This document shows, piece by piece, positions 32,900 to 43,435 of a DNA stretch of 64,000 nt (position 1 is its first letter; each line of letters opens with the position of its first letter). A program made the position numbers and the translations under genes. Below the pieces are notes generated by a model that was not told where the DNA came from, searched no databases, and saw only the letters and a program-made list of their open reading frames with translations. The stretch lies in NCBI GenBank assembly GCA_963796455.1, contig CAWCLO010000010.1, positions 448,001 to 512,000 on the forward strand. Direction: 5' to 3'. Source of the stretch: Candidatus Sulfomarinibacteraceae bacterium. GTDB lineage: Bacteria; Acidobacteriota; Thermoanaerobaculia; Thermoanaerobaculales; Sulfomarinibacteraceae.

Positions 32900-33414
32900 A
32901 TGATGAAAAAGCTCATGTTGTTTGCCCTGGCTTCGGGACTCCTACTCGGTTGCGGCGGTGGCACGAGATGAGACGATGTACGAGGCAGAAGAAAGCCGAA
33001 GCGCCGAGGTCGTCTTGCTCGAGGTCGAAGCGCCGCCGGCGCTCGAGGTTCCCGAACCCCGCGAGGTGATGGCTGAGGACGACTGGGAAGCCCGGGCCCA
33101 CAACAAGAACATCGAGGTTCTGGGGGTCATCAACATCATCAATCCGGTTGCTGCCTATATCGTCGAAGGCTTCAAACAATATGGCGACAGTTTCAGCCCC
33201 ACCCTGCACGAAGAGTGGGAGGACACCCAGGTTCAGCTGACCACAGCCACCACATTGTATGAGAGTTGCAACGAACGGATGGCTGCCGGAAAGTACGACA
33301 AACAGCTCTTCCTCGACCTCGAACAGGTGTGGCAGACACTGGTCAAGAACGGGCGTTGCCGGTGTTCGGACAAAAAGTATGGTTGACAGCGAGCTGGCAC
33401 GACTCAAAGGCTGA
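32900..33414 (+). CDS. Hypothetical lipoprotein inside the nos cluster; frameshifted
   Basis: SD GGAGG, MMKKLMLFALASGLLLGC lipobox, acidic helical body (ORF 32922-33386), reconstructed end ...SELARLKG at TGA 33412-33414. Confidence 0.65.
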
Positions 33415-33514
33415 TTCTCGGCTGAAGCGGCAGTCTGATCTGCGGCCGGCCCGAAGCTGGGCGGTGGGCGATGGGTGTGTGCTATATCTGACTCCTTTTT
33501 GTGAATTGGAAGGT

Positions 33515-34914
33515 ATGCGAGCGGTGAAACCATTTTGCTGGTTGCTGGCCGTCATGTCGACCGCGACGGCTGTTGCGACGGTTCGCGAGGTCCCGAGCGG
33601 GGGATCCATTGCGGCAGTTCTCATTCAGGCCGAGCCCGGTGACACGGTTCACCTGGCCGACGGGATCTACCGCGAGAACATCCTCATCGAGGTTCCAGTG
33701 CTCCTCACCGGGGGGCCGGGACGCCGAGATTCGGGGTGGCTACGCAGAGCAACGTGGTCCACATCACCGCCCCCGGAACCGTTGATGGAGGGGCTGCACA
33801 TCGCCGAGGCCGGCCCCCATCTGACAAAGGACATGGCCTGTATCTTGATCGAGGCCGATGACGTGACGATCCGCAACACGAAAGTCTCGGAATCGCTGCA
33901 CGGAATCTATGTCAAGGCCGGCCACCGGAGTACGGATCATCGGCAATACCATCGAGGGGCGGCTCGACCTCATCGAATCCGATCGTGGCAACGGGATTCA
34001 TCTCTGGAACTCGACCGACAACCAGGATCCTGGACAACGAGATCTTCAACGTGCGCGATGGGATCTATTTCTCCTTCGCCCACCAAACGGAGATCCATCG
34101 CAACCACATCCACCACGTTCGATACGGCCTCCACTACATGTACTCGAACCAGAACAGCTTCTACGACAACCTCTTCGAAGAGAATGTCGCCGGGGCAGCC
34201 CTGATGTACTCGGAAGACATCATCTTCGCGCGCAACACCTTTGCCCGATGTCGCGGCTTCCGCGCCTATGGAATCCTCTTTCAGTCCATGAGCCGGGTCC
34301 GCGCGACCTCCAACCTCGTGATCGACAACAGCCGCGGTCTCTTCATGAACAACGCCGACTCGTGTGCCATCGAAAACAACGACATCATCGACAACGACCT
34401 GGCGATCCAACTCAACGGCGGCTGCGAGGGGAAACTCCTTTGTCCGCAACAACTTCATCAACAATCTCTCGGGAGCTTCTCCTCGATGTCAGCGACCGGG
34501 AGACCCATTGGTCGGATGAGGAGGGTGGAAACCACTGGAGCGCATACCATGGTTACGATCTGGACCGCGATGGTCTCGGCGACGTTCCCTTCTCGATTCA
34601 GAATGTTTTTCAGGTTCTGGAAACCAAGGTCCCGGAGGTTCGCTTCTACCTTCTGAGCCCTGCGGCCGAGGTCCTCAAAGCGGCCGAGAACGCGTTGCCG
34701 ATTCTCCGCCTCGGGGACGCAGAGGATCCTCTCCCCCGGCTGTATCCGGTGACCAATGACGCGGTGCCGTGGGATGAGGTCAGTGGCTCCCGCGAGGATG
34801 GATAACTTCGTCGCGGCCGGGTTCTTTCTCCTCGGAACGACCATTCCCATGGCCGGTCTGTGGCTGTTTCGGCGGCCGCGAAGAAGACCAAAACCGGATG
34901 GTTCGGTTTCATGA
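33515..34914 (+). CDS. nosD: NosD maturation protein with C-terminal membrane helix; frameshifted
   Basis: AEPGDTVHL..GIYRENI, DRGNGIHLWNS, VRDGIY, RYGLHYMYS, GNHWSAY.GYDLDRDGLGDVPF. Confidence 0.92.
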
Positions 34915-35850
34915 GCGCTCCAACAAAAGCCATGGTCCGTCTCGAGTCCTTTTCGAAGTCCTATGGGTGTGGTAACCGCGGTCGATGACCTGAGCCTCGA
35001 GATCGCACCCGGAGAGTCCTTCGCTTTTCTCGGTCCGAACGGAGGCGGAAAGACTTCCGTCCTGAGGGCTCTCGCGGGTCTCCACTCCCCGAAGCAGGGG
35101 CCGGGTTCTGATTCGCGGAATCGACATCCAGAAAGACCTCAACCGCATCCGGCCGTGGCTCGCCTATGTTCCACAGCGGGTCACCGTGCCCGATGTCCTG
35201 ACCGCGAGAGAGGTCCTCGACCTCTTCGCGGGTCTGCGGGATGTGGCGCCGACCCGCGTGGCGGAGGTTCTCGAGCTCTTCGAACTCTCCGACCGACGCC
35301 GACCGAAGGGTCGGCGAGTTCTCGGGAGGAATGCTCCAAAGGCTCGGTCTCGCCTCGGCGCTGCTCGAGGAGGTGCCGCTCCTGATCCTGGACGAACCGA
35401 CCCTCAATCTCGACCCCCAGGGCATCGACAGCCTGCACCGGGCACTCGCCGATCTCAAAGAGAGAGGATCGACGATCGTTTTCTCCTCGCACAGTATCCA
35501 TACCGCCGTCCGGCTTGCCGACCGGGTGGGCGTTCTGGTCGCCGGGGATCTCGTCACCGTCGATACCGGTGGCTGCCTTTCAGGCCGAGGTCACCCGCCA
35601 GACCACCGTCAAGGTCGTGCTCGATCAACTCGACGACGGCATGCTCCGGGCGGCCCGAACGGCGGGTGCTGAAATCCGCGACCACACCGCAACCCATATC
35701 TTCTTTCGCGCATTGCCCGAGGACCGTCTCGCGGTCATCCGCGCGATCGAGGGCGCCGGTGGGACCGTCATGGAATTCCACACCGAGGCGCCGGGGTGGG
35801 AGGCGTTGATCCACTCCCGTTTCAACGGCCAAGGAGATCCCCCGTGCTGA
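34911..35850 (+). CDS. nosF: NosF ABC transporter ATPase; frameshifted
   Basis: GPNGGGKT Walker A, FSGGMLQRLGLA signature, LILDEPT Walker B, SSH; ATGA overlap with nosD. Confidence 0.88.
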
Positions 35851-36617
35851 CGCTCGACAAAGCCCCGAAGAAAAGCCTCGCACTGAGCCTGATGGTATCG
35901 CTGTGTGCAGGGATCATGGGATGTTCTGGTGAGGTCACACCGGAGATCATCGCCCGTGTTGATGGATGCCGGGAGTGCGGAATGGTGATCGATCGCGTCG
36001 ACGAGGCCTGCGGATGGGTTCACGACGGGGAGTTCGTGACCTTCTGCTCGCCCGGCTGCCTCCTCGAGCAACATGATGGGCTCCGGGCCACCGGCAAAGA
36101 ACTCCCTGTATCGATCTCCTTTGCCGACTATAACGGGAGTGGATTCTCCGTCGCCGAAAACACCGCCTTTCTTCTCACCGACCACGTGCCGACGGTGATG
36201 AACGCCCGCGTGATCACTTTTGCATCGACCGAAGCCGCCTCGGCCATGCGTCAGCACGAAGACGAAATCATCACCGATTGGATCGGATACCGCGTATACC
36301 GGGGCCGGCCGGATGTCGTCGTCGAGACGGTATTCACGAATGAAGGGATGGAGCCGGAATCGGTGGGCGTTGCCAAGGGTGAGATCGTTTTGTGGCGGGC
36401 CACCGGGCGTGGGCTCGAGGAGGACTTGAACTTCAGCATCGGAGGTTATCCTGAGGTCGGACCTGCAACACTCGCAGCGGGCGACGGGATGACGGAGATT
36501 CGTTTTCTCGCAACCCGTCCCGGGGCCGGATTCCCGATCGAGAGGACGGACGATGGCAGGGCCATCGGAATGCTCAAGGTCAGTGGCGCCCACACCGCCG
36601 ACGAGGCCGCGCAGTGA
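35844..36617 (+). CDS. nosL: NosL family copper-chaperone lipoprotein with a C-terminal cupredoxin-like extension
   Basis: Lipobox IMGC; CRECGMVI, FCSPGC and VPTVM..VITF motifs; extra ~105-aa beta-rich C-terminal domain. Confidence 0.8.
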   Translation: MLTLDKAPKKSLALSLMVSLCAGIMGCSGEVTPEIIARVDGCRECGMVIDRVDEACGWVHDGEFVTFCSPGCLLEQHDGLRATGKELPVSISFADYNGSGFSVAENTAFLLTDHVPTVMNARVITFASTEAASAMRQHEDEIITDWIGYRVYRGRPDVVVETVFTNEGMEPESVGVAKGEIVLWRATGRGLEEDLNFSIGGYPEVGPATLAAGDGMTEIRFLATRPGAGFPIERTDDGRAIGMLKVSGAHTADEAAQ

Positions 36618-37435
36618 AGATCCTCCAGATCGCCAATCAAGAGTTCACCCTCCACACCCGTAACCGGTGGGTGATCTCCTTTTCGGCTCTTTTCGCCGGC
36701 CTCGGTTTGGCGGTCGCCTATTTCGGCATGATCACCTCGGGCTACAGCGGTTTCCAGGACTTTGTCCGGACCTCCGCCAGTCTGATCAACCTCGGTGGCT
36801 TTTTGTTGCCGCTCTTTGCCCTGCTGCTCGGTGTCTTCAGTTTTCTCACCCATCGCGAGTATCTCGAACTCCTCGCAACCCAACCCGTTTCACGCCGCCA
36901 GATTCTGCTCGGCAAATACCTCGGTCTCCTGCTGTCGGTGCTGGCCGCCGCGGCCCTCGGTTTTGGCCTGCCCGGCGCCGTCATCGCGGTATCGATCGGT
37001 AGCGAGGGCGCCGGCACCTACGTCCTGGTCATTCTTTTTCTCGGTTTGTTGGCTGCCGTCTTCACCGGTCTGTCGATGCTGATCGCCCTTGTCTCCGGGC
37101 GCCGCCCGGTCGCCCTCGGCATCGCCATCGGAGTCTGGGTTTTCTTCGAATTGGTTTATGGCCTGCTGATGCTGGCGACCACTCTCTATCTTCCCGCAAA
37201 GATCGTCAGTAACGTGCTCCTGGCCGGTCTTGCCGGAAACCCCATCGATATCGTGAGGGTGTTGTGCCTGCTTCAAGTCGGTGGCCCGGCCCTCTTCGGT
37301 CCGGCCGGCGCAACCCTGATCAAGATCACCGGATCGGCCACCGTTGCGACTGCCATCGGTCTCGCGATTGTCGCCCTCTGGATCGTCGTGCCCCTCGTCA
37401 TCGCGATGTGGGTGTTCAAACGACAGGATCTGTAG
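36614..37435 (+). CDS. nosY: NosY ABC transporter permease
   Basis: RNRW, RTSASLINL..LLPL, LELLATQPVSR..ILLGKYLG, NPIDIVR; six TM helices. Confidence 0.9.
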   Translation: MKILQIANQEFTLHTRNRWVISFSALFAGLGLAVAYFGMITSGYSGFQDFVRTSASLINLGGFLLPLFALLLGVFSFLTHREYLELLATQPVSRRQILLGKYLGLLLSVLAAAALGFGLPGAVIAVSIGSEGAGTYVLVILFLGLLAAVFTGLSMLIALVSGRRPVALGIAIGVWVFFELVYGLLMLATTLYLPAKIVSNVLLAGLAGNPIDIVRVLCLLQVGGPALFGPAGATLIKITGSATVATAIGLAIVALWIVVPLVIAMWVFKRQDL

Positions 37436-37450
37436 CACCGTTATCCGTCC

Positions 37451-37553
37451 GATACTGGATGCTAGATGCTAGATGCTAGATGCTAGATGCTAGATGCTAG
37501 ATGCTAGATGCTAGATGCTAGATGCTAGATGCTAGATGCTAGATGCTAGATGC
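37451..37553. repeat. Heptamer tandem repeat (GATGCTA)x13
   Basis: 13 perfect copies at 37458-37548, plus a variant GATACTG and a partial copy; reverse-complement variants (GAGTATC/CAGTATC) at ~37652-37672. Confidence 0.95.
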
Positions 37554-37753
37554 GGCAAGATCGTCGATTGGCCCCCGGACCTTTTCAAGGGCTACACCGA
37601 AACTGACGGCAATCTGCGATTGAGGGGACTTTTCAGGAGAAAGGCTGAATCGAGTATCCAGTATCGAGTATCACTGTTGTCCAAGAGAGAGTCTCGGACA
37701 GCGATCGGGGACAACGGCAGGGAACAGCACTCACTTCTTCGGGGCTCCGGCCT

Positions 37754-37808
37754 TTGTGGTGCGGCCGTCTCGGCCGCAGGGTATGCAGGCGAGACGCCTA
37801 CACCACAA
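37754..37808. repeat. REP-like palindromic element
   Basis: TTGTGGTGCGGCCGTCTCGGCCGCA-GGGTA-TGCAGGCGAGACGCCTACACCACAA: two inverted hairpin units. Confidence 0.7.
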
Positions 37809-37969
37809 CGGCTGTTCCTTCTGTTGAACGACCCGGAGGTGGCCACTTCACCGACTGGACTCCTGACCGCTGTTCCCTGTCGCTGATAACTGTCCCGGAT
37901 AACTGTCGCTGCCATCTGTCGCTGTCGCTGCCGCTGTCGCTGCCGCTACATTTCGGGCACGGGCAAGGA

Positions 37970-39271
37970 TCAGTACAGCGGAAACTTTGCAGTGAGGGCG
38001 TGGACCTCAGCCTTGACCGCTTCCGTTTCGGCGTGGAAGGCGGCGAGCTTGGCCTCGTCCTCCTTGTCCTCATCCGCCCGCAGCACCCGATCGATGAGTC
38101 CGGCGATGATCTTCATCTCCTCGGGTCCCATCCCGCGGGTGGTCACAGCAGGTGTGCCGATCCTCAGACCGGAGGCGATGTAGGGCTTGCGGGTGTCGAA
38201 GGGCACGGTGTTCTTGTTGAGCGTGATATCGGCCAGACCGAGCCACCGCTCGGCCTTTTTGCCGGAAATGAAGTCGCTCCCGAGATCAACCAGGAAGAGG
38301 TGGTTGTCGGTTCCGCCCGAGACGATCTTCCAACCGAGGTCCTTGACCGCCTGGCACAGGACCGCTGAGTTTTCGACAACCCGCTTCTGGTATTCGTTCC
38401 ACTCGGGTCGCATGGCCTCGAAAAAGGCCACCGCCTTGGCGGCGATCGTGTGCATGAGCGGTCCGCCCTGAACCCCGGGAAAGACCGCCTTGTCGATGGC
38501 CTCGGCCCACTCGGAGGTACAGAGGATGATGCCGCCGCGAGGACCACGGAGGGTCTTGTGGGTCGTCGAGGTCACGAACTGGCAATGGGGCACCGGCGAG
38601 GGGTGGAGACCGGCAACGACCAACCCGGCGATGTGGGCAATGTCCGCCATCAGAAGTGAATCGGCTTCGTCGGCGATCGCCCGCAAGCGTTCGAAATCGA
38701 TGATCCGCGGATAGGCCGAGGCACCACAGACGATGAGCTTCGGGCGGTGTTCGAGGGCCAGCTCGCGCAGACGCTCGTAGTCGATGGTTTCGGTTTCTTT
38801 GTCGACGCCATAGGCCACGACATCGAATTCCTTGCCCGAATAATTCAGCGGGTGGCCGTGGGTGAGGTGTCCGCCGTGGGTCAGGTCCATCCCGAGGAGG
38901 GTGTCGCCCGGTTGCATCACCGCCAGATAGACCCCCATGTTGGCCTGGGCCCCTGAATGGGGTTGCACGTTCGCGTGGTCGGCACCAAAGAGCTCTTTGG
39001 CACGCTCGCGCGCGAGATCCTCGGCCACGTCGACAAACTGGCAACCGCCGTAATAACGTTTTTTGGGGTAGCCCTCGGCGTACTTGTTGGTCATCACCGA
39101 ACCCATCGCCGCCATCACCGCCGGCGAGACGAAGTTCTCCGAGGCGATCAACTCGAGGCCTTCGTTCTGACGCTCGCGTTCGTCTTCAAGGGCCTTTGCG
39201 ACCTCGGGGTCGGCGGCGGATACCAGCTGGTTGTGAACCGAAAAGAATTCGCTTTTGAGGTCGCTCATCAC
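37970..39271 (-). CDS. glyA: Serine hydroxymethyltransferase
   Basis: [51 protein letters not shown]. Confidence 0.98.
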   Translation of the reverse strand: MMSDLKSEFFSVHNQLVSAADPEVAKALEDERERQNEGLELIASENFVSPAVMAAMGSVMTNKYAEGYPKKRYYGGCQFVDVAEDLARERAKELFGADHANVQPHSGAQANMGVYLAVMQPGDTLLGMDLTHGGHLTHGHPLNYSGKEFDVVAYGVDKETETIDYERLRELALEHRPKLIVCGASAYPRIIDFERLRAIADEADSLLMADIAHIAGLVVAGLHPSPVPHCQFVTSTTHKTLRGPRGGIILCTSEWAEAIDKAVFPGVQGGPLMHTIAAKAVAFFEAMRPEWNEYQKRVVENSAVLCQAVKDLGWKIVSGGTDNHLFLVDLGSDFISGKKAERWLGLADITLNKNTVPFDTRKPYIASGLRIGTPAVTTRGMGPEEMKIIAGLIDRVLRADEDKEDEAKLAAFHAETEAVKAEVHALTAKFPLY

Positions 39272-39292
39272 TCCTCCTGCTTGGCCGGTTTT

Positions 39293-39727
39293 TTACCGGC
39301 TCTTGATTTCGATCAGATCCACCCGTCGTTGGTGGCGGTCGCCCTCGAAGGCGGTGGCGAGAAAAATCCCGACCATCTGCAAGGCGACGCCCGCACCGAT
39401 GACCCGCGCCCCCAAACAGAGAACATTTGCATCGTTGTGTAGCCGGGCCATTTCGGCAGTGAAGGCGTCGTGACACAAGGCCGCCCGCACACCCGGGTGG
39501 CGGTTGGCTGCCAGGCTCATGCCGATTCCGGTCCCACAGATCAGGACGCCCATCCGCGCTTCCCCCGCCTCGATGATTCGGGCAAGGGCGTGGGCGAAAT
39601 CGGGGTAGTCGACCGAGGTCGTGTCCTGCGGGCCGAGGTCACGGAGCTCGTGCCCCTGGGAGCGTATGAACTCTGAAACTTCGGCCTTGAGCTCCACACC
39701 GGCGTGGTCGGAGGCGATGACAATCAT
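39293..39727 (-). CDS. rpiB: Ribose 5-phosphate isomerase B
   Basis: SDHAG, DYPD, ICGTGIGMS..AN, HNDANVL, RHQRRV. Confidence 0.96.
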   Translation of the reverse strand: MIVIASDHAGVELKAEVSEFIRSQGHELRDLGPQDTTSVDYPDFAHALARIIEAGEARMGVLICGTGIGMSLAANRHPGVRAALCHDAFTAEMARLHNDANVLCLGARVIGAGVALQMVGIFLATAFEGDRHQRRVDLIEIKSR

Positions 39728-39738
39728 GGAGATCCTCC

Positions 39739-41070
39739 TCAGATATCCCGATCCGGACTCGGCAGTTCGAGCGCCTGGAACTCCTCGAGGGCAAAACGAT
39801 CGCTCATCCCTGCAAGGTGATCGACGATCAATCGGGCGAAGCCCGGACAGGCATGGTACCGATCGGCCACCGCTGCCGCAACACGCTTGAGCGGAAGTTC
39901 CCGAAGATAGGGTAAATCATGTTCTTCTGCGGCCCGCATCAGGATGTAGTCCGGCAGCACCGAGGGCTCGTCCCAATAGGCCCGGAAAAGGGCGTTCAGC
40001 ACCCTTCGAGCGCGCCAGTCCTGGCGGCTCACAGGTCCACGGTTGATGACCCGGGCGTAGATAAAGGTCTTGAGTTCGGCGAAGAGTTTCTCGACTTCGG
40101 CGGAGAACCAGATCGTGGTCTGCGAGACCTCACGGGCCCGTTCCCTCCAGCCGTCGTGGTCGCTCACTCCATGACGGGTACAAAAGTGGTCGATCCTTGC
40201 TGCTGATGTGTGGACAACGTCGAGCACAAAGAGCCGAATGAGGTGGCGGATAAGCGTGTTCTGCCGGTCCCACGGACGCTCATCGATGTACCCGGTACCA
40301 ACATCTTGAATCACCCTCGTTGCGATCTCGAGCTGCTCGACCTCTTCAAGGGCGACGGCGCCGGCCCGCAACCCGTCTTCGAGATCGTGAGTCTGTTGCG
40401 CGATCTCGTCCGCAACCGCCACGGCCTGACCCTCGAGGTGGCAGGGTTGATCGAGGGCGAGGCCCCCCTTGTCGGGGAGCGGAAAATGGTAATCCACCTT
40501 CCACGAGGTGTGTTTGAGGATGGCCTCCCGGACCTGGTCCGTCAGATTGATCCCCGGGTCGACGTAACGGCGCTCGAAGAGATCGACCACCCGCAGGCTT
40601 TGGTAGTTGTGTTTGAATCGTCCCGCTCCCTTGACGACGTCCGGCGGCAGCACGAGTTCGGGATTCTGACCACAAAGGGTTGCATCGAGGACACTTTCCC
40701 CGGTGTGACCGAAGGCCGTGTGCCCGAGATCATGGCCGAGGGCAGCGGCCTCCGCGAGATCTTCGTTCAGCCCCAGGGCCCGAGCTAGTGTTCTCGCCAA
40801 CTGACTGACCTCGAGGGTGTGGGTGAGTCGGGTTCGGGGGTGGTCGCCGACGTGGGGAACAAAGACCTGCGTTTTGTGTTTCAGCCGCCGGAAGGCCCTC
40901 GCATGCAAAATGCGATCGCGATCCCGTTGAAAGGCGAGCCGGATATCCCGCGGATCTTCGATCTCGTGCCGACGCCGGGTCGCTTCCGACGAAAGGGTCG
41001 CGACCGGTGACAGGCGTTTCTCTTCTTCAAGAGTCAGCAGCAATCGGTCACGCACCCGATCGATGGTCAT
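39739..41070 (-). CDS. dgt: dGTP/dNTP triphosphohydrolase
   Basis: FQRDRDRILH..AFRRLKHKTQV, RTRLTHTLEV, HDLGHTAFGH.GE, DHLAGMSDRFA. Confidence 0.92.
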   Translation of the reverse strand: MTIDRVRDRLLLTLEEEKRLSPVATLSSEATRRRHEIEDPRDIRLAFQRDRDRILHARAFRRLKHKTQVFVPHVGDHPRTRLTHTLEVSQLARTLARALGLNEDLAEAAALGHDLGHTAFGHTGESVLDATLCGQNPELVLPPDVVKGAGRFKHNYQSLRVVDLFERRYVDPGINLTDQVREAILKHTSWKVDYHFPLPDKGGLALDQPCHLEGQAVAVADEIAQQTHDLEDGLRAGAVALEEVEQLEIATRVIQDVGTGYIDERPWDRQNTLIRHLIRLFVLDVVHTSAARIDHFCTRHGVSDHDGWRERAREVSQTTIWFSAEVEKLFAELKTFIYARVINRGPVSRQDWRARRVLNALFRAYWDEPSVLPDYILMRAAEEHDLPYLRELPLKRVAAAVADRYHACPGFARLIVDHLAGMSDRFALEEFQALELPSPDRDI

Positions 41071-42275
41071 GAATCACCGCCTTCATGTGCCAGCAGCCCG
41101 CCAACCAGTCGAATACTGCCCACCGCCAACACCGGGTCGGCGAGAAGATGCACGCAGGCCAGGGGATCGCCGGCGATCACCGCAGCGGGGAAGGCGGCCA
41201 GCAGCCGGTCGATCGGCATCGCCCGTTCGTCCTCGAGTTGACAGATCGCGACCTGATCGACCCGCGGTCGCAACAGGGCCGCCATCTCCTCCACCGGTTT
41301 GTCATCAAGGCAGGAGAAAACCAGGTTGTATCGTTTTCCGGTTTCGTCGAGGTGGCGCACCAAGGCTTCGGCAGCCTCGAGATTGTGCGCGCAATCCATC
41401 AGAATCTGACGACCCGCGATATCGTGGGTGCTGAGTCTCCCCGGCCACCGCAGGTATTGCATCGCCTGTGCCACCAAGGTTGGATCGAGATCCGGCATCC
41501 AGCCCTCAGCAACCACCTCGATCGAAAGGGCCACGGCGAGTTGTAGATTGTCTCGTTGAAAATCCCCCGCCAGGGGAATCTCCAGCTCGAGGGTCGCGCG
41601 ATCGAAGGCCAAACCGACAAGCCCGCCACCGAGATCCTCACAACTGATCAGAGAATCTGCGGCGACCGCGGCCGGGACATCGATGGCCTGCAGATCTCCG
41701 GCATCGACGCCGCGGCCCAGAACGGCCCGCCGGGCCGCCTGGAGAGCGCGGCCTTTGTCGTGGGCCCGATCCGCCCGATTGGCGCCCAGCCACTTCGAGT
41801 GATCGCTACCGATGTTGGTGAGGCCGGCTATCGCACTGTCGGCGAGCCGGGTCGCATCAAAGGACCCACCCATCCCGGCCTCCAGGACCGCGATCTCGAC
41901 ACCGGCATCGGCGAAGACTGAAAAAGCGGCCGCCGTCAGCATCTCGAAAAAGGTCAGATCCTCATGGCGGTCGAGCATCGAAAGCACTCGACCGAGCTCG
42001 GTTTCCGAAACCGCCACGCCGTCGACCCGGATCCGTTCTTCGACGCGCAGGAGGTGCGGCGATGTATAGAGCCCAGACAACACCCCGTGCGCCCGCAAAA
42101 TGGCATCCAACATGGCGGAGGTCGACCCCTTGCCGTTGCTGCCGACGATCAGGACCGAAGGGAATCGATGCTGCGGATTTCCGATTTCCTCCAAGACACA
42201 ACGGAGGCGATCGAGCTGGGGCCGAATCCGGCCGGCGGGCCGGCTGCGGAGCATCAGGTCAGGAGCGACAGGCAT
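41067..42275 (-). CDS. folC: Folylpolyglutamate synthase/dihydrofolate synthase
   Basis: VGSNGKGST, YTSPHL...ERI, TFFE, EAGMGG..DAT, WPGR, DCAHN. Confidence 0.93.
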   Translation of the reverse strand: MPVAPDLMLRSRPAGRIRPQLDRLRCVLEEIGNPQHRFPSVLIVGSNGKGSTSAMLDAILRAHGVLSGLYTSPHLLRVEERIRVDGVAVSETELGRVLSMLDRHEDLTFFEMLTAAAFSVFADAGVEIAVLEAGMGGSFDATRLADSAIAGLTNIGSDHSKWLGANRADRAHDKGRALQAARRAVLGRGVDAGDLQAIDVPAAVAADSLISCEDLGGGLVGLAFDRATLELEIPLAGDFQRDNLQLAVALSIEVVAEGWMPDLDPTLVAQAMQYLRWPGRLSTHDIAGRQILMDCAHNLEAAEALVRHLDETGKRYNLVFSCLDDKPVEEMAALLRPRVDQVAICQLEDERAMPIDRLLAAFPAAVIAGDPLACVHLLADPVLAVGSIRLVGGLLAHEGGDS

Positions 42276-43054
42276 CTTCCGATGGTGGGCTTGAGCTCGG
42301 ATCGCGAAACCACCATGTCGAGCATCCCGTGCTCGAGAAGGAACTCGGAGCGCTGGAAACCCTCCGGGAGCGTTTGACGAATCGTCTGTTCAATGACCCG
42401 TGGGCCGGCAAATCCGATCAGGGCACCGGGTTCGGCGATGTTGAGATCACCGAGCATTGCGTAGCTCGCCGTCACTCCGCCCGTGGTCGGGTCGGTCAGG
42501 ACCGAAATGAAGGGAAGCCCCTTGGCGCGCATGCGAGCCAAACCCGCGGCGACCTTTCCGAGCTGCATCAGCGAGAGAATGCCTTCCTGCATTCGCGCAC
42601 CGCCCGAACACGAAATGATGATCAGCGGCAGTTTGCGAACCAGGCAGCGCTCGATCGCGCGAATCAGTTTTTCTCCCACCGCCGACCCCATCGATCCGCC
42701 CATGAAGCCATACTCCATTGCGGCAACCACTGTCGGGGTTTTCAAGATCTCGCCCTGCGCCACGACGACCGCATCGCTGCCGCCGAATTTTTTGTTATAG
42801 ACCTTCAGGCGGTCGGCATAGGGTTTGGAATCGACAAATGCCAGGGCGTCAGCCGACCGGATCCTGGTAAAAAATTTCTTGTACCGCCCGTTGTCGAAGA
42901 GCATTTTCAACCGCAGCTCAGCGGCTATCCTGAAGTGGTATCCGCAGCGCGGACACACGTGGTAGTTTCCTGAGACCTCTCGGTGATAGAGGATCTCCGA
43001 ACAACCGCTGCATTTGATCCACAGGCCCTTCGATGATTTTTTCTCACTGGCCAT
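42254..43054 (-). CDS. accD: Acetyl-CoA carboxylase carboxyltransferase beta subunit
   Basis: GLWIKC..C and VCPRCGYHFRI zinc ribbon, GGSMG, SGGARMQEG, DPTTGGVTAS, IGFAGPRVIEQT. Confidence 0.97.
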   Translation of the reverse strand: MASEKKSSKGLWIKCSGCSEILYHREVSGNYHVCPRCGYHFRIAAELRLKMLFDNGRYKKFFTRIRSADALAFVDSKPYADRLKVYNKKFGGSDAVVVAQGEILKTPTVVAAMEYGFMGGSMGSAVGEKLIRAIERCLVRKLPLIIISCSGGARMQEGILSLMQLGKVAAGLARMRAKGLPFISVLTDPTTGGVTASYAMLGDLNIAEPGALIGFAGPRVIEQTIRQTLPEGFQRSEFLLEHGMLDMVVSRSELKPTIGRCLSLLT

Positions 43055-43196
43055 CGACCACTCCAACTCGTCCGGTCACAAACTACCCTCCGTGTGCGAT
43101 GTCCGGAAGAGGAGATTCATACGTCCGAATTGTTCCACCCTCCAGGGACTCAGAACCCCGGTCAAACCGGGGACTCGACTCGTGATTGTACCCGGA

Positions 43197-43424
43197 TCAG
43201 CTTCCAGAGTCTTCTCCCTCGAGGTCATTTGGAATACCAAGGCGCTGGCACGCGGCGTCGTACATCTGTCGCGCCGCCTTCTGGGCACTCTGGAGATCAG
43301 CGATTTTTTCCTTCACCTTGCCAAGCTCGACCTGGATCAAACCCTCGAGATCCTGAACTTCCTTTTTGGTCTGCTGAAGCGCGTCTTCGTAAAACTTCTT
43401 CTGAGCATCCGTCAGCCCGGCCAT
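43197..43424 (-). CDS. Small coiled-coil hypothetical protein (75 aa)
   Basis: SD GGAGG before ATG; heptad pattern ALQQTKKEVQDLEGLIQVELGKVKEKIADLQSAQ; 11 nt downstream of the kinase gene. Confidence 0.75.
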   Translation of the reverse strand: MAGLTDAQKKFYEDALQQTKKEVQDLEGLIQVELGKVKEKIADLQSAQKAARQMYDAACQRLGIPNDLEGEDSGS

Positions 43425-43435
43425 ATGTGCCCTCC

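Noticed and set aside
37451..37553. Tandem array as a possible CRISPR
   Set aside because: The units are contiguous 7-mers with no spacers, and there are no cas genes.
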